A stretch of 63,369 nt of DNA, filler included, from Octopus bimaculoides (GCF_001194135.2; 6 parts of 6 records of this genome joined end to end with filler, not necessarily neighbours in it); one strand, 5' to 3'; positions 38,321 through 49,986 are shown, counted from the whole stretch's first letter. Notes: a model not told the origin generated them from the sequence alone. Program-made: numbers and translations.

Positions 38321-38747
38321 GGAAGAATTCACAAAAAAAGACGAAGACAGGTGGTGTAGACAACAAACAGATGTATTAGTTTAACGCTCGGAAAGTGAAA
38401 AAGTCTTTAACGTTTCTAGCCTACGCTCTTCCACAGGAAGGCACACCAAAAGAAACAAGGAGAGAAAGAAAGTACAAAAAAGCTAAGAAAAGTTCAAAAG
38501 GTTCAAAAGCTTCGAATGCCGTGGTGTATTGGAGCGATTTCTCATCAACAGAGGAGTCCAGTGTAATCCATGGACAGGAGAGGTGCAGCTGAAGTGTACG
38601 AGAGTAAAATATCAGTTGAGACAGGATCAACTGATGCGACCACATGAGCGTGTAATATATGGGGAGAATTCACAAAAAAATAAAAAAACGAAGACAGGTG
38701 GTGTAGACAGCAAATAGACGTATTAGTTTAACGCTCGGGAAGTGAAC
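38321..38747 (-). mobile_element. PLE-like non-autonomous element with about 80-bp direct repeats (38321-38400, 38666-38747) and a hammerhead-like relic
   Basis: gaagacaggtggtgtagaca..aaa.aga.gtattagtttaacgctcgg.aagtgaa twice; minus 38404-38440 CTGTGGAagagcgtaggctaGAAACGTTaaag. Confidence 0.6.
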
Positions 38748-40066
38748 GTTGTATATAGTTGATATCCATTTAAAAGAAGAAAAGAAAATGGAGATTGGGA
38801 AGTTAATAATTGTTTATTATGAACAACAAATTGGCCAACTTCGCTTCTTACAGCCGCTTCAATGAATAGTAAATGATTTAATTACAAATTTGTATATTAA
38901 ATTTACATTTTATCATTTCATCAGAGAATAATTTCATCAAATGATAAAAGAAATGGGCTTATCAATTCATTTTAGCAGACTCAAATGGCGTAGTGGTTCA
39001 GNNNNNNNNNNNNNNNNNNNNNNNNNNNNNNNNNNNNNNNNNNNNTTAATTAATTAANNNNNNNNNNNNNNNNNNNNNNNNNNNNNNNNNNNNNNNNNNN
39101 NATATATAATGTTTTCATTTGATTACATATCTTCCCGTGTTTTTTTCAGATGGCGAATCGGGAATTGCATTTTCTAACGAGTCCTTGTTATATCAGAAAT
39201 ATAATAGGATACAATAAATATCTTTCACATTTGACTAGTTTTCTTGCGCCCATTTCAAATACTTTGTATTCGTTCCACTCCATTATGTCTGCTACAAATT
39301 TACATAGCGTTATGACTCTTCGTCGCATTGTTAGCCAGAGATGAGAAGACAACAGTGAAAGCTTTACGTAGACAGAATGAGCTGATAAACTGGGCAAGAG
39401 CAAAGCGTTTTCAAACAAAGAAGTCACACGGTGTAATATTCATTTCGAGGCAGGAGTGAGGAGGTGAAAATCCAGGAAATTACTGAGGCTGGACAAGTTC
39501 AAATTCTAGCGTTTGCAATATGCTCTGTACTTCAGACTGAAGTTGCACTGACAATCGTTGCTAGCCATAGAAAGGAACTAAACGTGTGAATGAGAAAAAA
39601 CCCCAAAAACATTAGGTAAAGATAAGTAAAGCGAATGGATCTGGAGAAGGGTTATTTTTGAAGATGAAACAAAAAGAAAGATCATATACTCGTGCATCTC
39701 ATAGCTTCTCGATCTGTGGATGTAGTGCAGGTGGGCTTGATTTTCAAAACTGAGAGAGGGGCGAGTAGCAGGCAAAGTTGGAGCAACATACCACCTCACC
39801 CCACCCGCATTAGCTAGTGCCACAGTACACGGGACGGCACGACGCAAGAGTCACGGTCAAGGACATTGGTAATGACGCCGCTACTTGGGGTAATTCTCAA
39901 CATCGAGATTCAGGAGAGGAAACGGTAACTTCTGCAATGATTACAAACGACAGGAAGTCACGACATACAAGAATTAATGTCTTAGAATTAAGAATACTGT
40001 CCAAAGTCAAGCAAAATACAGACAATAAAAGACATTGCAGTTCATGTCTAAGACATTTCAATTGTA

Positions 40067-40440
40067 CAGAGTGATTCAAAAGTCTCCATACATAGGAAAA
40101 ATTTATATTTTCATAAGTATCAGTTTATAAGATCCCCTAGATTCCCTGATCTGACTCCTCTCGATTTCTATCTTTAGGGGTTATTTGAAAGGCATGGTGT
40201 ATCGCGAAAAGATAAAAGACATAAATCGTTTGAAGGAATGCATCACCAACTCCTTTGCACACGTATCACCAGATGTGCTATTACGAGTTCACATTGAGTT
40301 GGGTAAACGTATTGCAATGTGTATTCAAAACAATGATAACATATAGCGCCTGTTAAATGAAAAAAAAAACTGTTCTTATAAACCGTTTCTTATAAAATAG
40401 ATAAATTGTTCCTATGTATAGTGACTTTTGAATCACTCTG
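40067..40440 (+). mobile_element. Internally deleted Tc1/mariner-superfamily element with both TIRs and TA TSD
   Basis: TA-CAGAGTGATTCAAAAGTCTCCATACATAGGAA ... TTCCTATGTATAGTGACTTTTGAATCACTCTG-TA; internal PRFPDLTPLDFYL.GYLKGMVYREKIKDINRLKECI resembles SPDLxPxD, final D as in mariner/maT. Confidence 0.9.
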
Positions 40441-40596
40441 TAATTTATATACAGTTGGATGCTTAGCCATAATATTGGTTAAAGAACTTATTATTAAGAA
40501 CGCAATGGAAGGAATTGTTGTTTGCACGAATAAACGTCCAAAGCAACTAACCTGAACTATACACGGAAAACTTATTCATAGAGTTAATCATTATCT

Positions 40597-41129
40597 TTTC
40601 ATTTTCAGTTGTTCTGCTTCCACTTGCATGAGGTCCCTTCACTTGCTCTACTCCAAACCTGTTGGAGTCTAGCTGAGCATTCCCGTTCCCCATAATCAAC
40701 TTGATGTGAAATCGTGGTGTGTTATTGACCACATCCTGTAGTTGTTCATAAAAATCGCCCTTTTTATGTTTATTCCGCATCTTAAGAATCACTTATTGAG
40801 ACAGAGTGACAAACGAAGCCATTTTGCAAACAGCAAGAGTAAGGCCTTTGCATGCAATTGTAACCGAACGACGAATGAGAATGGCTGGACACATACTAAG
40901 ACTGCCAGAGGAGAGGCTTGCCAAAACAGCCATGGGCTGGAATGCCGCTGGAAGGTAAGAGAAGAAGAGGCCGGCAATGGAATACATGGCGTAGTACCTT
41001 CAATGAAGAGCTACGCAAACAGAACATCACATGGGAAGAAGCATACCTGTTGGCTAGAGACGGAGATAATTGGAGATCACTGACTGCTCGATGTGCTGCT
41101 CAAGGGCACCAACGGACCTAAAGAAGAAG
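40597..41129 (+). mobile_element. RTE LINE insertion with inverted 5' segment (APE fragment, minus, 40597-40772) joined to direct 3' end (40773-41129); 11-bp TSD
   Basis: Minus KGDFYEQLQDVVNNTPRFHIKLIMGNGNAQ...GPHASGSRTTENE; plus RILRITY*DRVTNEAIL...RRMRMAGHILRLPEERLAKTAM.W...WRSTFNEEL...NWRSLTARC; (AAG)n tail; AATCATTATCT at 40586-40596 and 41130-41140. Confidence 0.9.
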
Positions 41130-41376
41130 AATCATTATCTGTTATTTCAAAACAGATCACTTGAATAATTATTTTAAAATTTCATTTCTATAATTCTTTC
41201 CTGTATCCTGCGATTCTCTTTTAGTCTTTGATTCTATTAAAATATTAAATCACTTCACTATACCCTTAAACCGAACAATATGACAAATATGAAAGCGGTT
41301 TTTTAACGATAATACATGAAAAGTTACTTATTCAACAAAATAATAAAATTAACCAATTGTACAAGTACATTGTTTC

Positions 41377-41515
41377 CATTATTTACATTTGACGGATATT
41401 TGTCCTCATCTTGTTTGTTGTTAACACAACATTTCGGCTGATATACTCTCCAGCCTTCATCAGGTGTCTTGGGGGAAATTTCGAACCGAGGTTCTCATTC
41501 CTAAGGTATTTTCGA

Positions 41516-41576
<61 letters not shown>

Positions 41577-41693
41577 ATCACTGCTTGGAATCGGAATCTT
41601 GGGGTTAGTAGACCGCGCTCTTATTCACTACGCCATATGCGCGTCAATATCCGTCAAATGTAAATAATGTACATAATTTCTCATCTCTTAAAT
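41377..41693 (-). mobile_element. Family F: tRNA-headed, hammerhead-tailed SINE-like element with inverted tail copy at its 5' flank
   Basis: Minus head gcatatggcgtagtgaataagagcgcggtctactaacccc (box A, anticodon-like arm), (AAT)n, hammerhead, tail; perfect 24-bp inverted repeat 41377-41400 / 41646-41669. Confidence 0.88.
41424..41467 (-). ncRNA. Minimal type I hammerhead ribozyme motif
   Basis: ACAC-CUGAUGA-A-GGCUG(10-nt loop)CAGCC-GAAA-U-GUU-GUGU: stem I 4-5 bp, stem II 5 bp, near-palindromic stem III AAUGUU. Confidence 0.7.
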
Positions 41694-41863
41694 AGCACAA
41701 GTGTTTAAACACTCAAACAGGTTTACAGTATTACGGAGATGTACTTGCATAGCTAGTGACCTGATCTGAGATAGTGTGCTGAAACAAAAACAACTGCAGC
41801 GTGGAAGGTGCTTAAAAACACAAAAAAAAAAACCGTTAGATCCACTTCAACATCTAAATTTAA

Positions 41864-41915
41864 TTTGTCAAAATATTTTCGTCGCTTTCAGTCTGCGACC
41901 TGATCACTGACAAAA
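41864..41915 (-). ncRNA. Hammerhead ribozyme motif with G3:C8 swapped core
   Basis: UUUGUCA-GUGAUCA-G-GUCG(11 nt)CGAC-GAAA-AUAUU-U-UGACAAA: 7-bp stem I, 4-bp stem II, palindromic AAAAUAUUUU stem III. Confidence 0.6.
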
Positions 41916-41928
41916 TTTCGTGCTGCAT

Positions 41929-41976
41929 CACAGTGAACAGGTCGAGGTCCCAAAGCGACGAAAATATTTTGGCAAA
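41929..41976 (+). ncRNA. Second G3:C8 hammerhead motif, stem I truncated at the palindrome centre
   Basis: CA-GUGAACA-G-GUCG(11 nt)CGAC-GAAA-AUAUU-U-UGGCAAA. Confidence 0.45.
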
Positions 41977-42241
41977 TTAAATTTTAATGTTGAAGAGGAT
42001 CTAACGGTTTTTGTGTGTTTTTAAATGGCTGCAAAGGTTTACAGTAATTTTCATAAATATCAAAATGATTTCCTATTATGTAGAATTTTTTAACCGTTAT
42101 CTAAACAATTATTTTAGGTTTCTGGATTTAGCTTACTTCCAACTGCAAATGCACATCAACATTAAACTGCTGGACAAATTTCAGTTAATCCAGATGATTC
42201 TAATATTACTAATCTCGTAAGGATCCCCTATTTCAGTAATC

Positions 42242-42478
42242 GTGGTACTCCGTAGGTTGCGACGACGAGGGTTCCAGTTGATCCGTTCAACGGAACAACC
42301 TGCTTGTGAAATTAATGTGCAAGTGGCTGAGCACTCCACAGACACGTGTACCCTTAATGTAGTTCTCGGGGAGATTCGGCGTGACACAGAGTGTGACAAG
42401 GCTGGCCCTTTGAATTACAGGTACAACAGGAACAGGAAGAAAGAGTGACAGAAAGTTGTGGTGAAAGAGTACAGCAGA
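42242..42478 (-). mobile_element. 3' two-thirds of family B SINE
   Basis: Reverse complement matches 31525-31760. Confidence 0.9.
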
Positions 42479-42880
42479 TCGAAGGGAGATGACATGAGAC
42501 AAGGCAGCTCCGAGGAGAGGAGTTCAATGCAGTAGATGTAGAAAAGTAGAGAGAAGAGACAGGACACCCGTGGGTCAGAGGCTGGAGCGAAGAGACAGGA
42601 CACCTGTGAGTCACTCCACATCAATCACAAAATTTAGAAAATTAAAACCGGTTTTGTTATCTTGAAATAACTTAAATGTTTCTTTTTCTCTTTCTTTTTT
42701 TTTTGTCTCCGCTTATAAGACATTGTATATGTCTCCTGGTCGTGTTTCTAAATCGCCAAGACTTTTCCTTCGAAATGTATCAAGGTGTTGTAGAATGCAG
42801 CCAGTTACCAAACAGAAACTACTCCACATGTTCCACATGTTTACGATAACATTTTATTCTCACTTAAACACGTGAATTTA

Positions 42881-42999
42881 ATAGTTGTAAAATTGCTACA
42901 TGTGCCGTTGATAGTTGTAAAATTGCTACATGTGTCGTTGATAGTTGTAAAATTGCTACATGTGTCGTTGATAGTTGTAAAATTGATGCATGAGTCGTC
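42881..42999. repeat. Minisatellite, four copies of a 30-bp unit
   Basis: atagttgtaaaattgctacatgtg(c/t)cgttg repeated with no spacers. Confidence 0.95.
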
Positions 43000-43018
43000 T
43001 TTAATACACTAATTCTGG

Positions 43019-43235
43019 AAGGCGGCGAACTGGCAGAAACGTTAGCACGCCGGGCGAAATGCTTAGCGGTATTTCGTCCGCCTTAACGTTCTGAGTTCAA
43101 ATTCCACCGAGGTCGACTTTGCCTTTCATTCTTTCGGGATCGATAAATTAAGTACCAGTTACGCACTGGGGTTGATCTAATCGACTGACCCCCTCCCCCA
43201 GAATTTCGGGCCTTGTGCCTAAAGTAGAAAAGAAT
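43019..43235 (+). mobile_element. Full-length family A SINE
   Basis: Head, gagttcaaattcc box B, central domain, ggccttgtgcctaaagtagaaaag tail. Confidence 0.92.
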
Positions 43236-44242
43236 ATAATAATTTCGGTATGGCATGAAATATCATGCCGCTCGGTAGTGCACGTTATGTGGTTCGATCC
43301 TATATCAAGCGTTGTTGCTTACGTCAATGAAAATAAGGGAAAACAAAAAGTGCGAAATAAGACGATAAAATGCCGAGTTTTCTAATGTAGAAAAATCGAA
43401 ACGATAAAAGCTAATTTCAAACTTTGTTATATACAAAGCCACGTATTGAAGGAGTGGCTGAGCGAAAAGAATTGACTCTATTATTGCATTGTTATTTATT
43501 GAGTTCACTTTACAAAGATGAAAAATAAATCGACCCCGTGAGATTCGAACGAAACAAACTAAACACCGAATAACATTTTGTTCGGCAGCAATCATCCTAA
43601 TTTTTAAATAAATAATAAATATGTCACAATCAATTTCTCTTGCATCTACGTACGTTAATTATTTGAAATGTGTTCCTTTTATTACTGCTTAATATTCAAA
43701 AACTTATTCACGAGACAAAGTGTGGATGTGGTCGTGGTTAATTAATTTAAAAATTGCCTTTGTTCTTACCTTTGATACATGGACCGAAGTGAGTTTCCCT
43801 GGCCTTAAAAAAAAAATCTTCAGTTTAGATCCTACAACATAAATCGGTCTCTCGGACTAACAGTTGATATTGGTTCCTGTTTTAACATGTTTGGCATCAA
43901 GTGAAAAGTTAAATATTTTATCGTTGTTTTAAAAGGGAATTTACAATTGGACAATGTTAAAAGAAAGAGTTTGAAAAAAAAAAAAAAAAATCAAAACTGG
44001 GTGCAGACTCCTTTTATCTCCATTCCGATGGCGATTACAAAAATATTTCGCGCATAGAATTGATAAGGGTATTAGACAGCTATCCAATATATATATAATG
44101 GTTAACGTTTAACAGATATATCTTAGTGATGTTGCCGCTAGATAAATAATAAAACCAATTCGATTGATAATTTGATTAATAATCAAATCGATCTACAATT
44201 TAATCTATTCAAAAACATAGTCCTTCGGCAGGTCTAAAATAA

Positions 44243-44321
<79 letters not shown>

Positions 44322-44938
44322 CAATGTACGTATTGTAACTTATAATAAATATCAAATAAATATATAAAAAAAAATACTTGTTTTAACAATAAATAAATAA
44401 TCGAAAAACATTTAACAATAATTCTTAAAATAAAATCATAACTTATCTTCTCGAAATTATATATACAAGCATTACCAATGAAAAAGAATATGTGTATGCT
44501 ATCTAATTGGTAATGCTTCTCTATGTATATACATATATGTAAATGTCTTTCCCAAATTAATTGCTCTTCATGTTTGAAGCTCTGGTGAAGCTATAGGGTG
44601 ATACTCAAGCACTCAGCTATCAGTGCATTGCAACTTATAACCGAAACAGTTGTAAGCTAATGAAGTTCATAACTGTTTATGGTCTTCTCATCCCAATTTC
44701 TTTAAACACACGCACACGCACACACACACACACACAAGTACATTTATGTGTGTGTCTTTGTGGCTGTTTTTTCCCCACCCACCGTTCTAAATATTTCAAA
44801 AATATCTTTATATTGTTTAAATATTCTTGAAAATATATTTAAAATATTTTTATATTTTTAAAATATTTAAAAAATATTTTTAGATTTTTTTAATATTTTA
44901 AAAAATATTAAAAAAAAAATGTTTATATNNNNNNNNNN

Positions 44939-45091
44939 AGGACTTATTCTTTGTAAGCCTAGTACTTATTCTATCGGTGTCTTTTGCCGAACGGCTAAAT
45001 TACGGGTACGTAAACACCAGCATCAGTTGTCAAGCGATGGTGGGGGGACAAACACAGACACACAAACATACACACAAACATACACACACAC

Positions 45092-45143
<52 letters not shown>

Positions 45144-45225
45144 GACGGATTTCTTTCAGTTTCCGTCTACCAAATCCACTCACAAGGCTTTGGTCGGCCC
45201 AAGGCTATAGTAGAAGACACTTGCT
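44939..45225 (-). mobile_element. Partial family C SINE with internal (TG)n
   Basis: Minus: ctactatagccttgggccgaccaaagccttgtgagtggatttggtagacggaaactga...ttagccgttcggcaaaagacaccgatagaataagtac. Confidence 0.88.
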
Positions 45226-45678
45226 ACTTACCACACAGCCACTATTTTAAAAAGTATTTCAAATATTTTTGTTTTGGTGTTTATATAAAATTATGAAATG
45301 ATTTCTAATTTTCAAAGCAGTAATACTTATTACTTTAAAATTAGATCAAATAACACAGATTTCTGATTTGTATATTTGCTCCCATAGTAACTCGATCGTT
45401 TTTTCCTTCTTCTCCTCCTTCTTTGCCCATGGTTCATTAGCTACCACTGGATGCATGAATGCGTAGCGTTCTTTTACTCATTGTTTGCTACCAAGCCTAG
45501 AATGAGCACTTACGCTGCCCACTTACTTGAAGTCCGTGTGTCTCTTTTATCCTCTCTCACTATCTAGTTATATCGCGTAAAGTGTGACTAGAAAAAAGGA
45601 ATCAATCAACCAGCCAACCAGTCAGCTGTAGTGATGTTGAGATAACCAATCAAAATCACAAGCAAAGTGAAGCATTGA

Positions 45679-45752
<74 letters not shown>

Positions 45753-46227
45753 TGAATTTATTTTAAGCAGAGATAGAAAATGAGCTGTGATTTCGATTAG
45801 CCGAGAGGTTATATCTTACCCTTATTGTTTATAATCATTGATGCCTCAAATATTAAGACTTTATCGAAGGAATAAAATAAATGTGAAAGCTTGGAGTGGT
45901 TTAAGGTTTCCTTACACTTAAACAACATTATTGCATTCTGGTAATTATAATCTTTTTTCTCAACCTGATATTTTCGAGTTCAATAGAGGTATATTTAAAT
46001 AGATAGAAGAAGAAATAGAAGAAAAGGGGAAGAAGCAATTACACAGGTTTAATTTGAATAAATTAAACTGTGTGGATAAATAAACAAAAAACCCTTTGCG
46101 TTCACGTAGTACTACTGGGACACCCAATTTGAATCCCATAGCTGGATTTCCAGCACACAGCCTCACTCTCTTTTTATCTATGTATCTATCAATTTATAGA
46201 TACATACCTACATATACATACATACAT

Positions 46228-46266
<39 letters not shown>

Positions 46267-48534
46267 AACAAATAGTAAATGAGTATATGCATATATACGT
46301 ACAGGCATGTGCGTACCGACATCCACCTGTATGTATAGGTGCATATCTGGGTACAGGACATTGCAAACAAAACGTAGACGAGAAAACACACAAGCCACAT
46401 AGAGAACATTTTACTTCATCAGCTACGTTGTACATGAATGGCAATTTCAGTCTATCGATCTGTCTGTTACCGTCTTGCTACCTACACCAGTGAACCAATC
46501 TTGGCGTAAGTTTGCATACTCGTTAAACTAACATTCAATTATAGGCTAATTGGATTTCAATAAAAACCTATAATAGGCCCAGGGGGGGGGGTCTATTATT
46601 TGATAAAATGAGAAAGGTGCAAAGATTGTTAGTGTGAGGGAAATGTGGTGGCATAGTGAGTGTGGCTGATATCAGGGAAGGGGAGAACAGCGTTGTATAA
46701 GCGACGAATATAGAGCGGCAGTGGGGTGTAAACGTTAATACAGCTGTCATTCACGGATATACACGCGGCGCTGCCTACATACTTTCGTAGATACATAGAT
46801 GCATGCATACATACACACACACACACACACACACACTATATACGCGCGTGCGCACACGCGCACACACTACACACACACACGCGCACACACTACACACAGC
46901 TAACTTTTGAAACGCCGAGGAAAGGAAAGAAAGGTGTGTATGAGGAATACATAGCTTTAAGGAGAGAGGAAGTAAGTAGCTTTTCTACTGTCCATCGCAA
47001 AGAAACACTCACACACAGACACGCACACACGCACGCACACACACGTATATAAAACATGCATACATATGTCTACAATACACCATTTTAAACTCGTGATTAC
47101 CTGTGTGTACGTTTCTAAATATGTATGTGTATATGTGTGTGCTTATGTGTGTGTGTGTATGTGCGTGTGTGTGTATATATATATGTGTGTGTGTGTGTGA
47201 CGTCCTATAACTGTCTGTCTTTCTGCTTTTGTAGAGCCTTCTCTGTTGCTGTCACATATTGGGAAATTTTTAAATTACGTCAAAATTTTCAAATTTGAAA
47301 TTTTGAAATAATTTTCCGGTTGAATCCGATTTTGTTCATTTATTTGTTCCAGAAAATTTCAGAAAAATGTTTCTGAGGTTTAAAGTTTAATCAATTTTTA
47401 CCTAATCAGAAAACAGGATTTGGAAGCTGGTATTTTCTTCATGTTAGCTGCCAATCACAAAATGAAAGCAAAATCATTACGAGGAGGAATTTTTTATTGA
47501 ATTGACAAAAGTAAAGCATTACGACGATCAAAGTTGTAAGAACTTCTGAAGATTTAATCAGTTTTGATGAATAAAGTCATCTGAAATGGTCGAACAGACA
47601 CGTCAATAATTTAAAAAGGCAAAAAAAAAAAAATCCTCAACGAATATTTTTTGCAAAAAAAAAAAAAAGAAAAATGCACAAATCTGTCCTGATCATCAGG
47701 CCTATCTGTCGGGGAAGACATAATCTGACATGGACTAAACAAGAATTTATACAAGACATTGTATTGTAAAAATTTCCCGGNNNNNNNNNNNNNNNNNNNN
47801 NNNNNNNNNNNNNNNNNNNNNNNNNNNNNNNNNNNNNNNNNNNNNNNNNNNNNNNNNNNNNNNNNNNNNNNNNNNNNNNNNNNNNNNNNNNNNNNNNNNN
47901 NNNNNNNNNNNNNNNNNNNNNNNNNNNNNNNNNNNNNNNNNNNNNNNNNNNNNNNNNNNNNNNNNNNNNNNNNNNNNNNNNNNNNNNNNNNNNNNNNNNN
48001 NNNNNNNNNNNNNNNNNNNNNNNNNNNNNNNNNNNNNNNNNNNNNATATATATATATATATATACATACATATATGGGTACAGGACGTCACCAACAGTAA
48101 ACAACATGAAATACAAAAACAAATGAGTTCAGTACGCAAACAACGAGAGGAACAAATGGAAAACAGGACAAGTAACACAAAGAACGACCCTTCATCAGTT
48201 GTCGGCTGTCTTTCTACTCATCATTTCGAGCATTGAAAGACAGTTGCTCCCATAAGTACCAAAATAAAATTTTGGATTTATGGAGGGTCAAATTTGGGAA
48301 CAAAAACAGGACAGTGGAGACATACAAGGAAACTGAACGGAAACAAACATGGAGGGTCGTTAGACCAGAACGAGGGTAAATTAGCGAACGCAGGAGAAAT
48401 ATTTTCTTTGACAAGAGAAAAGATAGAAGAGAGAGATATAGGATACATCCAGTCTTTAGGACAGTCCTGAAGGAAAATAAAGATGATTATGGGAAGATAA
48501 GAAAGATGGACGATGGTCACGCGTGAGTAACTAA

Positions 48535-48584
<50 letters not shown>

Positions 48585-48850
48585 AACGGTGAAGGGGAGA
48601 AAAGGGAACTAGAGAAAAGGATGAGAGAAAAACGATGGGGGAGAAAACAGCATAGATTATATATATATAGATATATACATACATACATACACACACACAC
48701 ACANNNNNNNNNNNNNNNNNNNNNNNNNNNNNNNNNNNNNNNNNNNNTTAATTAATTAANNNNNNNNNNNNNNNNNNNNNNNNNNNNNNNNNNNNNNNNN
48801 NNNTATATATATATATGTATGTATATACACAAATATATATACATATATGA

Positions 48851-48891
<41 letters not shown>

Positions 48892-49419
48892 TACATATAT
48901 ATATATATATGGATGGATGGATGGATGGATGGATGGATGTGTGTGTATGCATGTATGTATTTTATGTTTTCTTGTCATACCCTCCGTTTCATCGCTATAA
49001 AAAGTAAAAGGAAAGAAAAAGAAGCATCACGCCCTCAAAAAGAAAAAGAAAAAGAAAAAGAAAAACATTATATCAGAATATTCTGTCAATGACATTGCTG
49101 TAAAGACATTTTTGGTGATACAAATTAACCCCTTCCCACGCGATGGCCCATTTAGAATTCTATGCAAGAGACGAAGCGACCCGGAGTAAATGCGAAAGAG
49201 GGGTGAGTGGGAAAGAACGGGACGAGAGAAAATAAAGCGAGGCCAGAAGTGTAGAGAATGTGAGACACAGATAACGCAAAATTTGATGAGAGAATGAGAC
49301 ATAGGGAAATAACGATAAGTATGTACATAGGATGACATTGTGAAATAATAATTATAAATATGAAGGTGAAATGACAGTGAGAGAAAAAGTCAGAAAGGCA
49401 GTGAGAGAGAGAGAAAGAA

Positions 49420-49468
<49 letters not shown>

Positions 49469-49752
49469 GAGAAAGCGGCAATGAGAGTAGCTGCTTATAC
49501 GGGGTGTAAAACAAGTACGTGAGAAAATAATTAGTAGAAAAGCGAGACGCAAGAACCGAACCGAACCGAAAGATTGACATGCCATAAAGCGAAGAAAGTA
49601 AGGGTAGATAGAAACGGGTGATGCAGTTAAGAGAAACTGGGGTGACACAGAGAAATAGCAACTACCGACTCGTCGAAATGATACACGTTTTCTGTATCAG
49701 TATACATAATGAGAATTATCAATTATTACGCGCACGTTTTTACTATCGCAGC

Positions 49753-49847
<95 letters not shown>

Positions 49848-49849
49848 CA

Positions 49850-49903
<54 letters not shown>

Positions 49904-49904
49904 T

Positions 49905-49986
<82 letters not shown>

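Larger units (their letters stand above)
41740..42030. mobile_element. Palindromic PLE-type element: about 97-bp arms (41815-41911, 41931-42022) around a 19-nt loop; left arm continues to about 41740
   Basis: Arms are reverse complements (aaccgttagatccacttcaacat..aaatttaatttgtcaaaatattttcgtcgcttt / aaagcgacgaaaatattttggcaaattaaatt..atgttgaagaggatctaacggtt). Confidence 0.85.

Noticed and set aside
38984-39001. aatggcgtagtggttcag as a fourth family F head
   Set aside because: Only about 18 nt before a gap; cannot be told from other tRNA-derived heads.
42881-42999. 30-bp repeats as a CRISPR-like array
   Set aside because: Units are contiguous with no unique spacers, and the context is eukaryotic; an ordinary minisatellite.
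47261-47778. 12-bp inverted repeat GGGAAATTTTTA as DNA-transposon TIRs
   Set aside because: Short, AT-rich, next to a gap, with no TSD or transposase trace; unproven.
48150-48240. CTGATGAAGGG on minus at 48192-48198 as a hammerhead
   Set aside because: No stem II-GAAA downstream; the upstream GAAATGAT gives no convincing permuted fold. Probably a repeat of unknown class.
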